From positions 1-21,586 of the forward strand of contig JBHGNT010000527.1 of NCBI GenBank assembly GCA_043228905.1: DNA of 21,586 bases, written 5' to 3'. The notes under the pieces are model-generated. The model made no database searches. It was given only the letters and a program-made list of their open reading frames with translations, and was not told the DNA's origin. Made by a program: the position numbers and the translations under genes. The DNA comes from Azolla caroliniana (lineage: Eukaryota; Plantae; Polypodiophyta). The first letter of the stretch is position 1, and each line of letters begins with the position of its first letter. This document shows, one piece after another, positions 1 to 10,923 of this stretch.

Positions 1-3000
1 AAGGATGCAAAAAAGCCGAAGGAGGCCCGGGGAAATCTGAGGAAGATTTTCGTCATGAGTACCACAACCCGTAAGTTGCAGCGCCGACAAGAGCTGAACA
101 ACATCTGACAAAGAGACATGTCAGTTACGGATTACACCACCAAGATAAAGGGGATTTGTGATGCACTCGGGTCCATCAACATGATGGTGGACGAAGACGA
201 GATGGTACAAATCTGCCTCGGTGGTCTAGCGCAAAGGTATGGGCCAATCCGGACAACGATCTGCACCCGGGAGAAACCATCGTCTTTCTTCGACTTGCAA
301 TCGATGCTAATGGTCAAAGATAACCACGTGAGTGGGTCCAGGACCACTCAATCGGACGGCCGGATGCTATACACGGAGACAGATTGGCCCCATGGACGTG
401 GTGGACGAGGTGGGTCGGCACACAATGGAGGCGGCTAGCAAGAGCAGGACCGAAGGCACAGAGCTAGTGCCGACATAAGTTTCGGACCCTCCACAAGCAG
501 GGTGAGTCAAAGTGGTGTCGGGAACCGACAAGGACAGGCTGACACGGAATGTTGGTATTGTGGCAAGAAAGGCCACAAAGAGAGCGAGTGCTGGAAGAAA
601 CATGCCGATTCGGATAAATCCGGATCCGACAAGGCCGAACAAGGGAACTGGCAAAGCTCGCACTACGCAGAAGGATCAGAAGGATCCAGAACCGGGAAGA
701 CCGGTAAAGGGCCATCCTTCGTGATGAAGCACAAGGCTAACTCGATGAAGAAGACTACTTCCAAATCAGAGGAAGTATGGTACGTTGATTCCGGAGTGTC
801 CAACCACATGACGAGCCATGAAGAGTGGTTCTCTTTTTTCGAAAAACCGGAACAACCGGGGATTGTCGAAACCGGAGACGACACCCCTCACCCCATAGTG
901 CATGTCGGAGAAGTACCTTTAAGCCATGTCGAACATAAGGGGAAGCTGATGAACGTACTACACGTTCCAACTATCACAAAGAACCTGGTGTTGGTTGGAC
1001 AAATCGTCAACTAGGGAATGTAGGTGCGGTTTACGCACCTCGGGTGCTTCATCGAGGAAGAAGGCCGGATAATTGCGCAAGGGCGAAGAGAAGGGAGGAT
1101 GTTCATCCTCAACACTAATGACGTCGGCACCGCCATGTTTGCCAAAGGACAGAAAATTGAATAGGACATTGATATCTAGCATACGCGGATTGGCCACGTC
1201 AACTACCAGAGGCTTCAAGACCTGCAATCGAAACAAGTTGTTTTCGGTTTGCCAAAATTTAGCGGTTGGAAAGCCAAAATTTGTGAAGCCTGCCAACTCG
1301 GGAAGCAACACTGGTTTCCATTCCCCACCGAATGAAACTGGAGCTGTGAGAAGCTTGACCTAATCCATTCGGATGTATGGGAACCGACACAGAACGTTAG
1401 TCTTGGCAGGAGTCGATACTTCGTCTCCTTCATCGACGACTATAGTCGGCACACGTGGATCTACCTCATCGAGAGGAAGAGCGAAGTCTTCGAATGTTTC
1501 TGAAACCTTCAAAGCTTAGTTGAATGGGAAACAGAGAGGAAGATCAAGTGCCTGCGGTCGAATGGCGAAAAAAAATACTTTTCCGGCCAATTCAACAATT
1601 ATCTACAACAGAACGGAATTCGGACAGAATTCAGCTGCAGATACACACCGAAGCAAAACGGCGTGGCTGAAAGGAAGAACTGGTCGATTGTCGATGCGAC
1701 AAGGGCAATGCTGGAGGAGAAAAGCATGCCCCAATTCTATTGGGCTGAGGCGGTTCGGACGACCATCTACATCTAAAACCGGATCGGAGACAAGGTGTCA
1801 GCACACAAGCTGTATTTCGGGCGCAAGCCGAATTTGAGACAACTTCAGATATTCGGCAGCATAGCATATGTGCATGTACCAGATGAGAAGCGGAGGAAGC
1901 TTGATCCGAAGTCAAAGAAGTGCATCATGGTCGGTTACTCGCATGAGCAGAAGGGGTATAAGTGTTATAACCCCCTGATGAAGCAGGTCTGAGTAAACTG
2001 AGATGTTGAGTTCGAAGAGATGACATCGTGGTACTCTCTACCGAATCTGACTTCCGACTCCGACCCAATCCCGGAGGATGAGGCCACTGAGCCTGAACCG
2101 GTCAAGATAGAAGATGACAAGCTTGAGACTCTAGAAGAGAGTCCGAAATTGTTTCAGTTGAGTAGACCGAACAAGCGACTGGGTCAAAGTGACCAATCAG
2201 ATGAGGAACCAGTGAGTAGTGGAGACTCTACCGTGCTCTCCCCGCGCAAGGAACTGAGGAGACGGTTCACGCGCAAAGAGAAAGGGAAGCAGATAATGTC
2301 AGAATACGAAACCGGCAATGTTGACTCGGATTGGAGCAAATCCGACTCCGGAAAGGATGAAGGTGGATCTTCGGGAATGAAGTCCGAAGCGGCCAAGAAG
2401 GGCCCCAAACCGGGTGATGACAAGTTATGTCGGTCTTCCCGCTAGAAGAACCCTATTACGCGGTACATGTACAATGAGTACATGGCGTATCACTATGCGT
2501 ACATGACCAAAGTGGCAGAAGTGTGTGAGCCGAAGAGCTACGCAAAAGCGGCAAAGGACGCAAATTGGTGTGCCGCTATGGAAGAAGAAATGCGGGCAGT
2601 CGATGCCAATGACACATGGGACCTCGTTGACCCTCCCCGACACTATAAACCGATCGGTTGCAAATGGGTGTACAAGGTAAAGTACAATGCCGATGGTTCG
2701 GTTAACCGGTACAAGGCCCGGTTAGTGGCGAAGGGATATGCACAGACCCACGGAATGGACTACGACGAGACCTTCACTCCTGTAGCGAAGATGATGACGG
2801 TTCGTGTAGTACTGGCAGTTGTTGCGGCAAGGGGATGACATCTACACCAAATGGACGTGAAGAATGTATTTCTTCAAGGTGATCTTGAAGAATGGCTTTA
2901 TATGATCCAACCCCCCGGTTTCCAATCAGAGATGAACAAGTCGGCAAGGTGCCGACTCAAGAAGTCACTTTACGGTCTAAGGCAAGCCCCTCGAGCTTGG

Positions 3001-4686
3001 AATGCGAAGATCATGCACCAGTTGCGTAAGATGGGGTTTGCGGCCTCCAAGGCTGACTCTTCATTGTTCATCCGGAATGGTCCGGACGGTTCGGTTTATA
3101 TTTTGCTTTATGTAGATGATTTAGTCATCACTGAACCCGGACTCGTTGAAATCGACCGAGTGAAGTCCCAACTATCGGACGCATTTGAAATGAAGAACCT
3201 GGGGGACCTTCACTATTTTCTTGGGATCGAGGTGATCCGCACCCCCGATGGCATATTGCTCTTAGAATGCCATTATGTGTTGAATATGTTGTACAAGTTC
3301 GGCATGACTTAATGCCGACCGATCTCTACACCCCTGGACCAGAACCTGAAGCTACGTCCCGACTCCGGCCCAACCTGTGATGAGAAACGGTTCCGACATA
3401 TTGTCGGAAGCCTCATATACCTGACAATCACTCGACCCGACATCAGTTACCCGGTTGAAGTGATCAACCAGTTAATGCAGAAGCCGACTGTTGAGCACCT
3501 TCAGTGCACACACCGGATACTCCGGTATGTTAGTGGCACGAAGGATCAAGGACTGTTATACCAACACAGTATAGCTGGGAAGCTAGTCAGATATACCGAT
3601 GCCGACTGGGCTAGTGATGCATCGGCTCGCCGATCCACCTTTGGTTACATGTTTTCACTTGGTAGCGTGGTTGTTGCGTGGAGTAGCGAAAAGCAGCCAA
3701 CAATGGCTCTGTCAAGCACTAAGGCTGAATACCGGGGCGCTACCAATGCCACTTGTGAAGCCATCTAGCTTCGGCAACTGCTGCGTGACCTCCGGATCGA
3801 GGTGCTGACCCCGATCCCGATCCACTGTGACAACATGAGCAACATATAGCTCACCCAGAACCCTATATTCCATGCTCAAACAAAGCACATCGAAGTGCAT
3901 TATCACTTTGTGCGTGAGCGGGTCTTGAGTTGTGAAGTCGAACTTCGGTATGTTTAGACAGATCGGGAGGTTGCCGACATCTTCACCAAACAGCTCAGAT
4001 CGGACAAGTTGCAGCACTTCACCAAAATGCTTGTTGTTTAGCATCTCGACGTGCCGCACTTGAGGGGGAGAACGGGCAAAGGCAAAGAAATTGCCGATGG
4101 CACAAGACAATGAACCGGAAAGGGAAGAACCAACAAAGGGGGAGACAAGAGGAAAAAGGAAGCCGAGTCGACAAAGGAAGTTGGCACATTCGAACAAGTC
4201 GGAGCAAGCGGCAGCGGCGGAAGAGTCAAGAAGGACAGAGCCGACCGGAAGGAGAAGGCCAAGACCCGAACATGGTCTACTGTGGTGAAGGGTTTGAAAC
4301 CAGGAGATGAGTTGGAGAACACCGACTTGGACAAGAGCCGGAACGAATCAAGAGCGACCAATTCAGACAAGAGCTGGAACGAATCGGAGGAAGCCGATTC
4401 GGTTCAAGATTTGGAGAAGCCGAATCAACTAAAGGCCAACCGGACGAGAAGGCAACGGAATTCGATGCCGACACAGAGAAATCGATGGATCGACAAGCGC
4501 ATGTTGAACAGACAAGCCGACCAAGGAGGTCGAGGTGCGCAATACCGGACGGGTCGTGGAAAGCGGAACCAGAGCAGACGAGGAGCACAAGCAAGGCGGA
4601 ACGACGCTAGAAGGAGCCGAGTGGAAGGACCGGCTGCCACAGACACTAACACCACGATCCGACCTCAAATTGAGCTTGAGGGCAAG
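1..4686 (+). mobile_element. Ty1/copia LTR retrotransposon, internal region (5' end outside window), decayed
   Basis: Domain order gag-PR-IN-RT-RH in frame +1. Zinc knuckle CWYCGKKGHKESEC (~550-591); protease WYVDSG (778-795); pre-integrase H-x4-H...CEAC; integrase LIHSDVW, FIDDYSR, TPKQNGVAERKN; RT CKWVYKVK, YKARLVAKGY, LKKSLYGLRQAPRAW, YVDD (3109-3120); RNase H YTDADWA...TKHIEVHYHFVRE...ADIFTK. Confidence 0.97.
4676..4686 (+). promoter_or_regulatory. Polypurine tract (PPT) directly upstream of the 3' LTR
   Basis: TTGAGGGCAAG immediately followed by TGTTGA, matching the usual copia TTGAGGGGGAG|TGTTG junction. Confidence 0.7.
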
Positions 4687-5076
4687 TGTTGAACAAGCAA
4701 GCTCAACCAGATCCGGATCGACATCCGGGAGGATGAGCCGGATCGGGGAGATGGATTGGAGAGCAGATCAGTACACTGCTCGAATACGGAGCATGTCCAC
4801 TCTCGATAGCAATGGGCACCCCCCGAAACCATTACTATCATGGATGTAACCAGGACTTCCCGAGAGGTCACCCATCCCAGTATCATTCTGGCTCAAGCAC
4901 GCTTACCTAGCAATGCTTGAAGCATCCAAACAACCACAAAACTCATGGCATGTGAGTTGCCAAGGTAGGTAGGAATGTGCTACACATTGATCCTCGGCAA
5001 GTGGTTGGCCGGTCACCCGCAAGTGGGTGGTATACTGACTGCAGACGCCACACCTAGGTCTGTAGTGTGCTCAACG
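4687..5076 (+). mobile_element. Putative copia 3' LTR (start well supported, end uncertain)
   Basis: Begins TGTTGAACA right after the PPT. The end is placed tentatively at TGCTCAACG (5068-5076), an imperfect inverted match to the start. No 5' LTR in the window for comparison. Confidence 0.45.
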
Positions 5077-5203
5077 GTGCCACATGAGTTCAGGTGTGAG
5101 TTTTAGACTGTGAGGTCGATACAAGGAGTGCAAGCAATATACAATCGGTGGGTGGGTGTATGTGAGGGAGAATGAGAGTGAAAGAAGAGAAATGTGAGTC
5201 AAA

Positions 5204-5221
5204 GAGAGATAGAGAGAGAGG

Positions 5222-5278
<57 letters not shown>

Positions 5279-5291
5279 AGAAGAAGAAGAA
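5204..5291. repeat. (GA)n microsatellite followed by (GAA)n
   Basis: Perfect GA run ~5226-5275, GAA run ~5274-5291. Confidence 0.97.
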
Positions 5292-5343
5292 TTAGGGAAG
5301 AAGAGGAGGAAGAGAAAATGCTCTTTCTCTTTTTATTTCTCTC

Positions 5344-6776
5344 ATGATGGTGACTGAAGATATCAATTTGAAGAAACAGAAGATTGATCATCCGAATTAG
5401 CAAAAGGAGGATATAGATATGGTGCAGAAGCCATCATATGCCCAAGTTGCGGTTGAAGGGGAGGAAGCGGCAATGAGTGATCAATATTGAGAGACAATCC
5501 ATGCTATTGCAAACCAAGCATTACATAACGTGCTACCCGATGATGAAGAGATTTTGGTGGACACAATGACTGATGATATTGTGGAGGTGGAACTGCCCCG
5601 CAAGGACATCTTGAAGGCCTTTTCCATGTTCTATGATTGAGGTATTATTTGTTTCTTTACTGGAAAAATTCTCCTAGTTGATTGGGTCCGGCAATGGTTA
5701 AATGTTATGGTGGGTAGAAATACTGTGGAGGATGTGTATAAAGGTCCAAGAGGTTTTTTTGAGGTTATATTTCGTACTGAAGAACAAAGAGATAGATTAT
5801 TATCTCGTATCGCAGTTTTCTTCAATAATAAGTTGTTATACATTGTTCCATGGCGACCATTAGCAGAATTTTAAGAGATTTTGAAGCAGGAGTGTCCAAT
5901 ATGGGTTGAAGTAGAGTGTAAATTCTCATTTTTGTGGCCCATTATACAAAGTGTAATGGAACAACTTGAAAAAATGATAGTTGCTCCAGATCCAAAAGTG
6001 CGTAATAGATATAGGTTATGTATGTTGTGGAATACAACTAAGAAGAGACCGTTGTGGTTAAATATAAAATCGGAGGAAATGCGGTCATTTCGTTGCCAAT
6101 TGCATTGGGGTTCATTTGCTGGTCATTGTTTTAAATGTGGTGGATTGGGTCATTTTATGGCTGAATGTCAAAAAATACCAATTGGTGAGGGTCCTAATAC
6201 CCCTTGTTATGATATGGTAATGCTAAATCAAGTAACGCAAGAACATTAGAGGAACAAAAGTCAGGAGGTAAATATAGGTAAAGAAAACACTATAGTGCCT
6301 TCGGAGCAAAAAGGTAAACGTGTTGTAGAAGAAGTGTTAGAAGAGTCTGAAACAGAGGAAAGACCTTGGACCAAGGTTGGTGATAATGGAAGGTTCTCAC
6401 GTTATCATAAGGAGAATGTTCCATTAAAACAAAGACAAGAACTCATAGGTTCATCTAGCAATCCTATAGGGTTATCAAAGGTGATTTCCAATCAATCTCA
6501 ATGAAAATCAAAACCTTGGCATAGGTCTCATTATCAATCAAATCAAGTATCAAGACCTTTTAACCTTAGATTTGATAAAAATGGTAAAAACTCATTTCCC
6601 CATTAGAGAAGCAACTTTGGAAAGGAGGTAATTCAAGAGTCATAGAGGCATCGGTCCATAACCAGCTACCATCTGTACAAAATGCTTTTGCAGTCGTAAG
6701 TGATTATTTTGGAGATATCCTAGAGATATTAGCTCAACGGGAACGCGCTAAGGTTCTGAAGAAGTAACCTTATTAG
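5344..6776 (+). pseudogene. LINE ORF1 pseudogene (DUF4283/RRM-like region, CCHC knuckle, disordered C-terminus)
   Basis: Frame from ATG 5344 gives KPSYAQVA, KGPRGFFEVIFRTEEQRDRLL, IVPWRP, CPIWVEV and CFKCGGLGHFMAEC (6127-6168). Several stops and a frameshift near 6660. Ends ...QNAFAVVSDYFGDILEILAQRERAK. Confidence 0.85.
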
Positions 6777-6781
6777 TGTTG

Positions 6782-9700
6782 ATGAAGGTAGTCACATGGA
6801 ATGTAAGGGGTGTTTGTTCTCCTTCTAAGAAGTTTGGTATGTGGAAAAATGTTTTTGAGGGGCAATGGGATATATTGTGTGCAATAAAGCATAAGGACCA
6901 TGCTAAATCTGGGTCTTTTATTCAGCATAATGGGTATCATGTCTGTTATGCGGGTGTCACTGGTGGACTTTATTCAGGTGTAATTCTTATTGTTAATGAT
7001 ACCTTGCAACCAGTGGTAGTTCAAAGTGATATACATGGTCGGTACATAGTGGTAGAGATAAGTTATGAAGGGCAAAGGATTTGGATTGTTGCTATTTATG
7101 CACCAAATGAAGTCTCTCAATGTATTGAACTTTGGCAACGTTTGAATGAAGTTCTTAGTAATGGATATCCATGATTTTTATTGGGTGATTTCAATATGTG
7201 TTCAGAGGTGGGGCAATCTACTTCGATGCATAGTTTGATGGATGCTCCAGAAAGAGCGGCTTGGGATTTATTTGCAATAGAGGTTTTGAAGTATGATGCA
7301 TGGCTTTGGATTAATGGAACAGATTCTGGGTATACTTTCCAATCCACACAATTTAGATCAACATGGAGTAGGTTGGATCACATATATATAATGCATGATG
7401 AAAGGTTTTTGCCAGAAGTGTTGATTATGCAAGTATATAGAGGTATTGCATCATCTGATCATTTTCCAGTTATCTTGGAATGCACACATCAAGGGGTGGA
7501 TGGTTTTAAAGCTTTATTGGGAAGACAATCACTTAGATTTAATTCTTCTTTTCTTGAGAATGAAAGTTTTAGGCATGCTATGGGACAACTAGTTGGAGAA
7601 TTTAGAAGACAAGTTAACATTGGTGGTGTTTCTTCATGGGATATTGCCTTTCTAATATTCAACAGTTTGCTCGACATTATGAGATTCTTCAAGCAAATGT
7701 ACATAAACAAAAAGTGAGAGCACTCCAACAATTATTACACAGGTGTAATGCTTTGTTGGTCTCAAGCCCGATGGATGACGTATTATTGGATATTCAAGTT
7801 ACATTGAATCAAGCACTACAAGATCCTGAGGTCAGAAGTTATCAACGATTTCAGATGAGGGACCAGAAACAAGAGGTATATGATCATAACTCTGTCTCAC
7901 ATAAATTCTTTCATGGGTTACATGCATCTCATGCCAGAATGCATGTGGTCCGCATAGAAGTTGATGGAACTTTGAGTACAAACCCACAAGTAATTATTGA
8001 TAAATGTATTCAACATTTTACAAAACTTCTAGGTCATGAAAGTATTCTAGATAATGATATGAAAGAAGCACGAGCAATGTTTTTTCAATCCATCAAGGGC
8101 AATGTTAGGCAACAGGTTGTGATGAGTATAGAAGAGGACATAAGAGAAGAAGAGGTGGAGTATGTCTTATCACATCTTGCAAATGATAAAAGTCCAGGTT
8201 GGGATGGAATTACAAATGAGTTTTACAAATGAGTTTTTTAAATCATTTGTTCAAGATCTTCAAGGGCCCCTTACGACAATCTTTCAAGAAGAGTGGAGTT
8301 TTGGTAACATGCCTAATTCCTGGAAGATTGGGCTCATCAAACTTATACCTAAAGTTGCTTCTCCTACTTCATTTGCTCAATGGAGGCCAATATCATTAAT
8401 GGGTGGTTTATATAAGATTTTTACCAAAGTAATTACCAATAGACTTCAGAAGGTATTACCCTCTATTGTACATCCTATGCAATATTATAGGAAGGGACAT
8501 CCTTCATAACATTTTAAATGTTCAAATGGTTGTGGATTATGCAAAGGAATCAAAACAAGAAATTGTTATGATACGATTGGATATTGAGAAGGCTTATGAT
8601 CATGTCAATTGGTCATTTCTTGCCCAACTTATGTCTGAGATGGTTTTGGTACAAGGATGTCTCGACTCTCATTTATGTTGGGATTGGGTGCAGTGTCACA
8701 TGTCATGTTAAATGGTGGAGTGACTAAGGCAATATCATTAACAAGGTCAGTGAGACGAGGATGTCCATTGTGTCCATTATTATTTTCCATTGTTACCCAC
8801 CCAATTTTGGTTAAAATGCATGAGTTAGCAATATGTCGAGATATAGTGGGACTTGTTTTACCCTCAGGGAATCAGCTAATAGCTCAAGCATTGGCAGATG
8901 ATTCTTTTTTGTTTCTCAAGGCGCATCCTAGTAACATAGCCAAAGCCATGGAGGTGCGGAAGGTGTTTGCCTTAGCATCAGGTTTACATATTAATATGCA
9001 CAAGTCATTGTTGATTAGATGCACTGAACAAGATTTGGTTAATCTTGTTTGGAGTGGCTGAATATTAGATAAAGGGAAGATTTGTCGGCATTTGGGCTAC
9101 CCGATTGGTGTGGATATTTCACCAAATCAAAGCCTATCTTGGATTTCTGGGACCATAACAGATAAATTTATATATTGGAAGTCCCAAGCTTGGTCATTTG
9201 CTACTCGTCTCAAAGTGGTGCAAGCAATTATGATTCCGATGATTTCATATTTTTTGCCTTTATTACCTTGGACAAAGAAATAACTTGATCACTTGGCTCG
9301 TGCTCTTAGGTATATGTTATGGAAGAAAGAGTCCAACATTGGTATTGGTTGGGTTTCATGGCTTCATATGTGTACCCCGAAACATTTAGGAGGAGCCGGT
9401 TTACTCAATTTGGAAGATGATCTGGTTGCTCGAAGGTTTAGTCTCTTGAAAGAGATATGTTCATGTTCTCAACCATGGGCAGAGATAATTTGTTATTTTG
9501 TGGAGAAAGTGGGGATACAACATGGTAAAACAAAAATTAGAACTTCATGGTGACATGTTATTAATAGCACTCGATCATTTAGATGTTCAACATCTACTAT
9601 TGTTCAACATTTAGTGGTCTCTTGGCAAAAAAAGTTTGAAGTTGTTGAATTGGAAACCAACTGATTGTAGAAAAGATTGCAACTCTTTGCCAGCAGAGGT

Positions 9701-10636
9701 GATAGCATCTTCAAGATTATTACAATGGGATGGAAAAGACAGTTTAAAGTCAAAGTTTAATAGAATGGCAAAACTAGGTTTGGTAACTGTGGAGGATGGT
9801 ATTTTAGAGTCACAGCGGTAGATGATGGCTTTTTGAACTGTGAGAAGTAGATTTCATATACCTCCTGGATATGGTCAAATTTGGTAAACAATAGTACAAT
9901 TGCCTATTTTATCATCAGCGATTCCACAATTGGAGGTGGTGGAACCGTGGAGAGATTGGTTTTTTTATAACAAGAAACCATTATTTGCAGTGAACACAAA
10001 TTATGTTTATCATAAGTTGGTTAAGGATAGAGTTTGGGTACAGAGCAAGGTTTTGGATACATGGCACATTATCCGTGGAAATGAATGGTGTGCTAGAGTT
10101 TTAGATGTAGGATGGAAGTCTCATCTTCCTTTCCGTGCAAAGGTGTTTCTTTGGCGTGCTATGGTTGGTGGGTTACCTTTGGCTAGGGCTTTAAACGAAG
10201 ACACATTGGTAGTGGTACATGTGTCTTTTGTACGACGACTGATGAAGATTCTCGACACAGGTTTATATCTTGCCCTGTTACTAAAAGTATATGGATAGGT
10301 ATATCACAACTGTGGGGGTCATTAACTGGAAATGTTTTGTCACCTTTTCAATGGGTTTTCATTGAAGGTGATAGAGTTTTACCATCCCCAGACTATAAGA
10401 TTGTGTTTGATTATTTGCAGTACTTGGGCATGTGGTATATTTGGAACTTGCGGAATGGTTTCTTATTTGATGGGCTTTCTGGAGTATCTCAACAGATATG
10501 TAGGATAAAAGGAAAGTTGATTTGGCAATTTTCACAATTATGTTGTATGCGAACTTTGTCCCCAAATGAGTTACATTTGTGTCACTTTGTATTGCAGCAC
10601 CTTAGAAGGTTGTCCTTGCCACATCGCTACCTTTGA
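6782..10636 (+). pseudogene. LINE ORF2 pseudogene: APE endonuclease, reverse transcriptase, C-terminal zinc finger
   Basis: EN: MKVVTWNVRG, AIYAPN, GDFN, SRLDHIY, SDHFPV. RT: KSPGWDG, WRPISL, DIEKAYDHVNW, VRRGCPLCPLLF, LADD (8891-8902), LGYPIG. Zinc finger CVFC-x8-H-x4-C (10220-10273). Multiple stops and frameshifts. Confidence 0.95.
8211..8236 (+). repeat. 13-bp tandem duplication that frameshifts ORF2
   Basis: TACAAATGAGTTT twice; the homologous site in copy B (~19392) has a single unit. Confidence 0.9.
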
Positions 10637-10853
10637 CGTAGTTTTGATAGCAAGGTTTTTTTGTATTTTCATGTTGTTTTAATATAAACATACATTTACG
10701 AAAAGAGAGAGAGAGATACACTAAAAACTAATTCATATTAACAAACTTAAAAGGTAATACAAAGGAATGGTCAATGTGGGCAAACTAGTTTCGCTCCTAA
10801 AGAGCGTGCACATGATCATGTAGAATTTGAGGGGTTTATATAGGGAAGATAAG

Positions 10854-10855
<2 letters not shown>

Positions 10856-10919
<64 letters not shown>
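10856..10919. repeat. (GA)n microsatellite, ~32 units
   Basis: Perfect dinucleotide run. Confidence 0.98.

Positions 10920-10923
<4 letters not shown>

Larger units (their letters stand above)
1..4692 (+). pseudogene. gag-pol: copia gag-pol polyprotein pseudogene including an in-frame C-terminal extension
   Basis: ORF pieces at 118, 502, 1795, 2020, 2467, 2851, 3460 and 4282 are all in frame +1. Manual translation finds ~19 in-frame stops and no frameshift. The frame ends at TGA 4690-4692. Confidence 0.9.
5292..10704 (+). mobile_element. L1-type non-LTR retrotransposon (LINE), near full length, decayed (copy A)
   Basis: ORF1 plus ORF2 layout, a short AT-rich 3' UTR ending in AAAA (10701-10704), then (GA)6. 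5' boundary approximate. Confidence 0.93.

Noticed and set aside
4282-4692. Possible env-like ORF (Sirevirus-type)
   Set aside because: Hydrophilic with no transmembrane segment, and in frame with Pol; treated as a Pol tail instead.
367-4886. Many minus-strand and alternate-frame ORFs over the copia element
   Set aside because: No recognisable motifs; shadows of a GC-rich coding strand.
5068-5076. TGCTCAACG as the definite LTR end
   Set aside because: Ends in CG rather than CA, no TATA box is evident, and no second LTR or TSD is available; kept only as tentative.
5071-5403. ORFs with SLSLSL / RERERE runs (also 10827-11129 and 17234-17419)
   Set aside because: Translations of (GA)n microsatellites, not genes.
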